Positions 21,021 to 26,236 of a stretch of 26,236 bases of DNA are shown one piece after another. The translations under genes and the position numbers were made by a program. The number at the start of each line of letters is the position of its first letter. Within the stretch, counting starts at the first letter, position 1. The stretch is from assembly GCA_002269645.1 (NCBI GenBank), contig NIVC01005103.1:1-26236 (forward strand), written 5' to 3'. Under the pieces are notes generated by a model. The model was not told the DNA's origin. It worked only from the letters and a program-made list of their open reading frames with translations, and did not search any database. The DNA comes from Macrostomum lignano (lineage: Eukaryota).

Positions 21021-23332
21021 TAGCCTGCGAGGCACACCCTCGGTCGGGATTCTGTACCTCCCCGCCTCTCTTGCCCCTAACCTTCAGGGAAGAAGGCGAA
21101 GCACCAAGGCAGCCGCCCAAGGAGGGAGAGAAGGAGAGAGGGAGGGCTGGGGGAGCAGAAGACCAAGGAGGGATGATGGTGTATAGTGTGTGAAGCGGTT
21201 GGGGACTGACTGAGCTGGGGTACACCGCCGGAGCCCCCTATCTCTCCTCTCTCTCTCTGGCTCGGCCTTTCCCAGGCACTCAGTTGATTTGGGCTCCTAG
21301 AGCAGCATTAACTGCTTCCCTCTCTGTGAGATTCAACTCCCAAAAAATACTCAATCCCACACACCGCGCCTCTCCCCGTATGCACTCCAAGCCAGCATCA
21401 AAGCCATTCCCAGGCATCCAAAATGCAAACCGCTTGCTTAACTGGCTGCCAAAAATCCAGGTTGAAATTTTCAGCTCTGAGAGACCAAAGAAGCTCGAGC
21501 TCTGTTAAAAATAACCACCCGCACTGCTGGTTGCTGCAGTTGGGCTGCTCTCAGAAACGGAATGCGCGGGGATATTTTTGAAATTCAATTAGATAAAAAA
21601 ACGATGCAGTCCAGTAGACAGCACTAATACTCGAATTAGCCTGCAAAGCTCTTTTAAAAATATTAATTTGGTTACCACTATCCTTGAAAATCCTTGAAAA
21701 ATCCAGGAAGTCAGAAATGACAACACAAGAATTGTAAATATAAAAAAATAATATGCTACAAGGTAGCTGTCTTAGCATGTCAATTATCAATTGGATAAAA
21801 AGTTTTGTGTATGTTTTCTTTTATAAATCTTAGTCCTTGGTACACAGTTCATAAACAATTCCTGTCTTACCTACTATATATCTTTAAATACCGAATTATT
21901 TGTGCCTATTTTCTGAATCTTTCTCTGGATATATTTTGATTTCTATAATATCATTTTAATATATATTTTAATATATCATAGAATCTGATTGATAGGCCCT
22001 TCTAATAAATTTCTATTATATACCTACATAAAATATATAATACTAATGGCAAAACAGCAGTGCTTCTTATACTTCTGTAATATCATTATTGTAACAAGCT
22101 ATTAAATAAAATCAATGTTAATTTTGCTTTTTGAACTAATCAAGCAGTTTTTGGCTGGACAGAATTATATATCTGAATCTAATCTAATATCAAATATTCT
22201 AATATATATATACACATTATATACACATTATGTGTATATATATATATGCATATATAGGTTATATACATATGAATTGTTTAAAAGCTGTATTTGTATATTT
22301 TATTCAATAGTATGGATGTTTAAAGTAAAAAACATTTGTTTTTTACCAATGTGGGCACTATAGGAACAAAATACTGATCTGTAGTGTAGCTCAATTGCGA
22401 TCATTATATAATGGTAAGAGTATGATTATGACTAATTACACACAGTATTTGAAGTTCATGGGCACATTTCAACATTTTATAAAGCATTCTGAATACAAAT
22501 ATTCTAACTTTTTAGGGTGATTATTACTTTTGAGGAATAGTTTCCTGTTTTAAGAATTTATATTTTACTTTATACGGCATAATGTTCAAGACGGTTATAC
22601 GATATGGTATGGTACCACGAAAAACTAGATGTTCATTGAATAATTCATTCAGAAATTTTAGGTCAGTGTTTAGAATTAACTGTTGAAATACCTTTGAAAA
22701 TAATTAATTTTGAAAGCCAGTTGATTTTATTTGAGCCTCTTAAAAAGCAACTGTTTTTTTAAGTAACATGTCCATGATTGATAAAGTTAAGCAGTAACAA
22801 TCTTGTTGATCTAACTGAGTAACCGCTGGTTCGCTAGTGCAAAATTCAATTGTTTTTGCAAAACCTAAAAATGTTCTTATATAAAAACCGTGTTAAAATA
22901 CTGTATACATTTTTTAGTGCTCTAACGACTAAAACCTTTCTGTGTAATTAAACTTTTAAGAAAATACTACCTTTCTAATTAACTGTATGATATTTTATTT
23001 TTCTTGTTATAACTCACATAAATCCGTAGGTTTGCGATATCATTTTACATCAGATTTGGTGTTGTGCGTGCTTTCAACCAGTTCCGAATAAGAAATTTTA
23101 TTTTTTTGTACGCATGATCCTTTGATGACGATCAAGTCAGTTAGAAATCAAATGTTTGTGAGAAAACTTTTATTATTATATATCTATTACATAGTCTTTA
23201 AGTTACATCAAAAGTCGCAATTTGTGCACACAAGAGGACATTTATCTAACTATTTAAGGATTTTATGGTGGGGGGGGGACAAAGCCAATGATTCTACATG
23301 TACATAATTTTCTAGAATCGGTGTTGTCAGCG

Positions 23333-23436
23333 CTCATTTTGGCGCCGCAGGCACTCATTTCAGCGCCTCAAACACTCATTTTGGCGCCGCAGGCACTCAT
23401 TTCAGCGCCTCAAACACTCATTTTGGTGCCGCAGGC
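23333..23436. repeat. A-B-A-B-A array of 21-bp subunits (42-bp dimer)
   Basis: A = CTCATTTTGGCGCCGCAGGCA, B = CTCATTTCAGCGCCTCAAACA; starts at 23333, 23354, 23375, 23396 and 23417. Confidence 0.92.
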
Positions 23437-23520
23437 GCAATATACATGTATTTTGTCGCCCTGAAGCAAAATTATTGATTTCCATAACGGGTCACAAGGT
23501 TGGGTGGGGGGACAAAGAAT

Positions 23521-23557
23521 GGGCATGTCCCCCCAATAGCTTGGGGGGACATTGCCC
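23521..23557. other. GC-rich stem-loop (16-bp stem, TAGC loop)
   Basis: GGGCATGTCCCCCCAA-TAGC-TTGGGGGGACA(T)TGCCC, with one bulged base. Confidence 0.8.
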
Positions 23558-23962
23558 CCCAAGCAAGAGAACCTTTTGCTTATTCTACAGTGTGCTAAGT
23601 ACAACCCTTATTAGCGCATATTCCTTATCAGTAACTTCAAGTGCCATCCAATACAAGTGCAGTGGTACATTTGCATCGTTTACCGACTTGTCTAACTCGT
23701 CTAACGTGTGTATTGCGGCCTTAGTATACGAGAGTCCTCATAAGCCACTCATACATTACGTACGTACCGGCATTCACAAATCTTAACTTCAAAAAGTAGC
23801 AGCTTTCGTTGATGGACTATTAGAAATAGAATATTTTCCGTTTTCTACCACTGACGCATCCTTGACCATTTCAGAAAGTCGACTGCGTCTTGATGTGATA
23901 AACAAGTGTCTATGGCTAAAAGACTAATATTTGGCTAAAAGCTAATTTTCTCCTCATCGTAA

Positions 23963-25274
23963 TTATATAGAGCACAAGAGAAAGCAAATAACCTAAAAAG
24001 TAATTCCTCTCCTTCATGCTTTATCACAAAATATAACTTCTGGATTAAGCAAAAAGATAATAAAGAAGAGATCGAGGATCGAAATCACGCTGTTCGACTG
24101 CGAAATATTCCCAAAATAGGAGGATGCTACCCTACTGGCACAGCACGTCTGCTGATCTGTGCCCCATGCAAGAGGTCGAATGTCGGACCGCACCAGCTCG
24201 TCAAAACTGCGGTGTTGGTGCTGCAAAAGCCAACGAATCATGGAGAAAAACAGTGAAATTGTCTGCCACACGTTCAAATCGTCGGACACTGAAACGAACT
24301 GGTACTGGCTTGAAGAAGACCGGCTTCAGCAGACTCCAGCGGAGCAGCGGCTGCTATATGACCGAGCCATCGACGAAGAGACAACGCGGGCAGCTCAGCT
24401 TGAGGCCGCGGAACTCTCAACGTTCCTTCTCTGTGCGACTACCTGTCGGTCGACACGGCGGAATGCTGTCAGTTTTCGTCCAGAGATATTCCAGCAGCAT
24501 TAATTGGCCCGAATGTGTACAATAAAAAACCACCGCCCTCCCGGAGCCTGTGGTGGCCGGCAACGGCGCTACACTGGCGCGCTCAGCTGTACATGGGTGA
24601 CTGTCGTACAATGTCACTGCCTTCGCCACGGCGCTATCAGCTCCAGGACAGCCAGAAACAACCAGTTATTCGGTTAACCGCAGCGAAACAAAACAGGACA
24701 AACTGCTCTCTACTCGCGTCACAGCCGATGCCTCGGTGCAGACGCAGATGAACAACAACAACGTCAGCGGAAAAGGTCAAGGCAACCCGGTAAGACGGTA
24801 GCATCAGGAAGGAGCCTCTCAGACATCGAGGCAGCCGTTGAGCGCACCCGGAACAACTCCAATCAGCAGCAGCGGTACGAGATGCGCGGCGGACACGCGG
24901 TGGAGATCTGCTCCCGGGTGGAGTTCCCCGACAAGAAAACACGCGACGTGTCTGTAACCGTGGAGGCAACGCATAGCAACGGTTGCCATCGTGTGATAAT
25001 GCTCAAGGGTCTGATAGCAAAGAAACGACCAGATCTTGGACCCAAGGTGAAAGACTGCCGTCTGCGCATGGATCAAATTGTGCTCACGAGGCCCAACACG
25101 TCCATTGAGGACTGGCAGAAGTCCATTACAATGTCATACGACTCAGATTTTCAAGTTGGCATGGTGAAGATAAGAACAGGGCGCTTTGATGAAGAGCTCT
25201 ACAGATCGTACACGTACATGTACGAGATGCCAGAGTGCCCGCGGGTTGGCGAATTTCAACTGGCCTCCCTATAA
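23963..25274 (+). pseudogene. Broken coding-like region of unknown family; possible ubiquitin-like fold near the C-terminus
   Basis: CpG-rich island in AT-rich flanks, tiled by overlapping open segments in changing frames: 23963-24256, 24159-24503, 24404-24751, 24601-24801 and 24678-25274. No recognisable catalytic motif. Confidence 0.5.
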
Positions 25275-26236
25275 AAGAGCACGCACTCAATTTTTGACCC
25301 AGCAACCTTAATCTTTATGTTGGTTCCTCACCATTTTCATTAGTCGAATGCGACTATTTTCAATCAAAAACTTGGACAAAACGCGCTTACTATGTACGTA
25401 CTTTACTAACTGGTTAATCAACAAACAGTTGAAACTGAAACGAGCAAACGCAAACGAGTCTCGCTCTCACAACCTTACAATTATACAAAAACGAAGATTT
25501 TCAGGTGTCTTGCAGTCGCTCTGGAATGAATTTGCTCTTTCTTGGTTAAAAACAAATACATTTGATTTTTTGTGACCGGTACGACAAAAACGTACAGTTG
25601 AACAAAAGTATTCTATCAGCACATTCTGTAAACTCTTTTTCTCGAGCGTTAAATTGCGTTCAGCCCCGTATTTTTTATCCAACGAGGAACAACGGCTAAA
25701 GCCTTGGCCACGCTATCCATAGCAGCTGAGTGATGTCGGCAGGGACTTCTTAACGATAAGTATTTGACATTATTTGACATCAAAGCAAGGACACGCAGCT
25801 ACTATAAAGGCTTATTATGCATTTTGATTGCCCTATAGTTCATGCCAAATCATCAATCTACTGAAGCATATACATTAGCATATAAGCATATAAGTAGTTA
25901 CAAATAAATAAAATTAGTTATGAAAAGTTGACGCAGCGAGATCTCTGTAAATAAAAGCAAAATAATGATCCATGAAATCTGCACCCACGGCTGAATCAAG
26001 TCAGGATAAGCTTTTCTTTCAAAAAAGGTGACTTGCCTATCTATCGTTAGTGAATTTTATTGTCGTAAACAGGCCTAAATCACCAGTAGCTTCCACAACT
26101 GAGCGGTCTCTACATATAATTATAGGTCCATGGCTTTGGTGTTCTTACTGCATGGGTATTTCTCGCTAAAATGAGTGCTGACAACACCGATTCTGAAAAT
26201 AATGTCATGTAGAAAATTTAGTCATGTACATGTAGA

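Larger units (their letters stand above)
23292..26214. mobile_element. Candidate ~2.9-kb element bounded by ~48-bp inverted repeats (right arm may run off the window)
   Basis: The reverse complement of 23292-23340 is AAAATGAGCGCTGACAACACCGATTCTAGAAAATTATGTACATGTAGAA. Positions 26168-26214 read AAAATGAGTGCTGACAACACCGATTCTGAAAATAATGTCATGTAGAA (2 mismatches, 2 gaps). True termini and TSD cannot be seen. Confidence 0.5.

Noticed and set aside
21550-23250. Short ORFs in very AT-rich DNA
   Set aside because: Low-complexity Ile/Tyr/Phe-rich translations typical of non-coding AT-rich sequence.
24790-24866. Possible 77-nt intron (CCG|GTAAGA ... AATCAG|) repairing the frame
   Set aside because: Purine-rich with no polypyrimidine tract, and it reads as plausible protein; a 1-bp deletion in CCC explains the shift more simply. 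Not fully excluded.

Overview
Eukaryotic (metazoan) genomic DNA: spliceosomal GT-AG introns, GC-rich exons with poly-Gln/Gly/His runs and many minisatellites. The style resembles a Macrostomum-type flatworm, but that is inference only. Left end (minus strand): a three-exon PAN/apple + truncated fibrinogen-C (FReD) gene with several frame lesions. At 2-3.4 kb: a 377-bp MITE (36-bp TIRs, 8-bp TSD, CATAG ends, P-element-like) nested in a possible solo LTR. From 3.4 to 16.4 kb: non-coding DNA with distinct tandem arrays (64, 5, 22, 62, 2, 33, 4 and 32 bp units). At 16.7-20.6 kb (minus strand): a spliced MyTH4-FERM gene with one apparent 1-bp frameshift in a C4 run; no motor or PH exons are visible upstream, but promoter-like motifs are. 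At 23.3-26.2 kb: a ~2.9-kb segment bounded by ~48-bp inverted repeats carrying a broken, unidentified ~1.3-kb coding-like region with a possible C-terminal ubiquitin-like fold. Most ORFs in the supplied track are repeat-derived or antisense shadows. No rRNA, tRNA or CRISPR array is supported.
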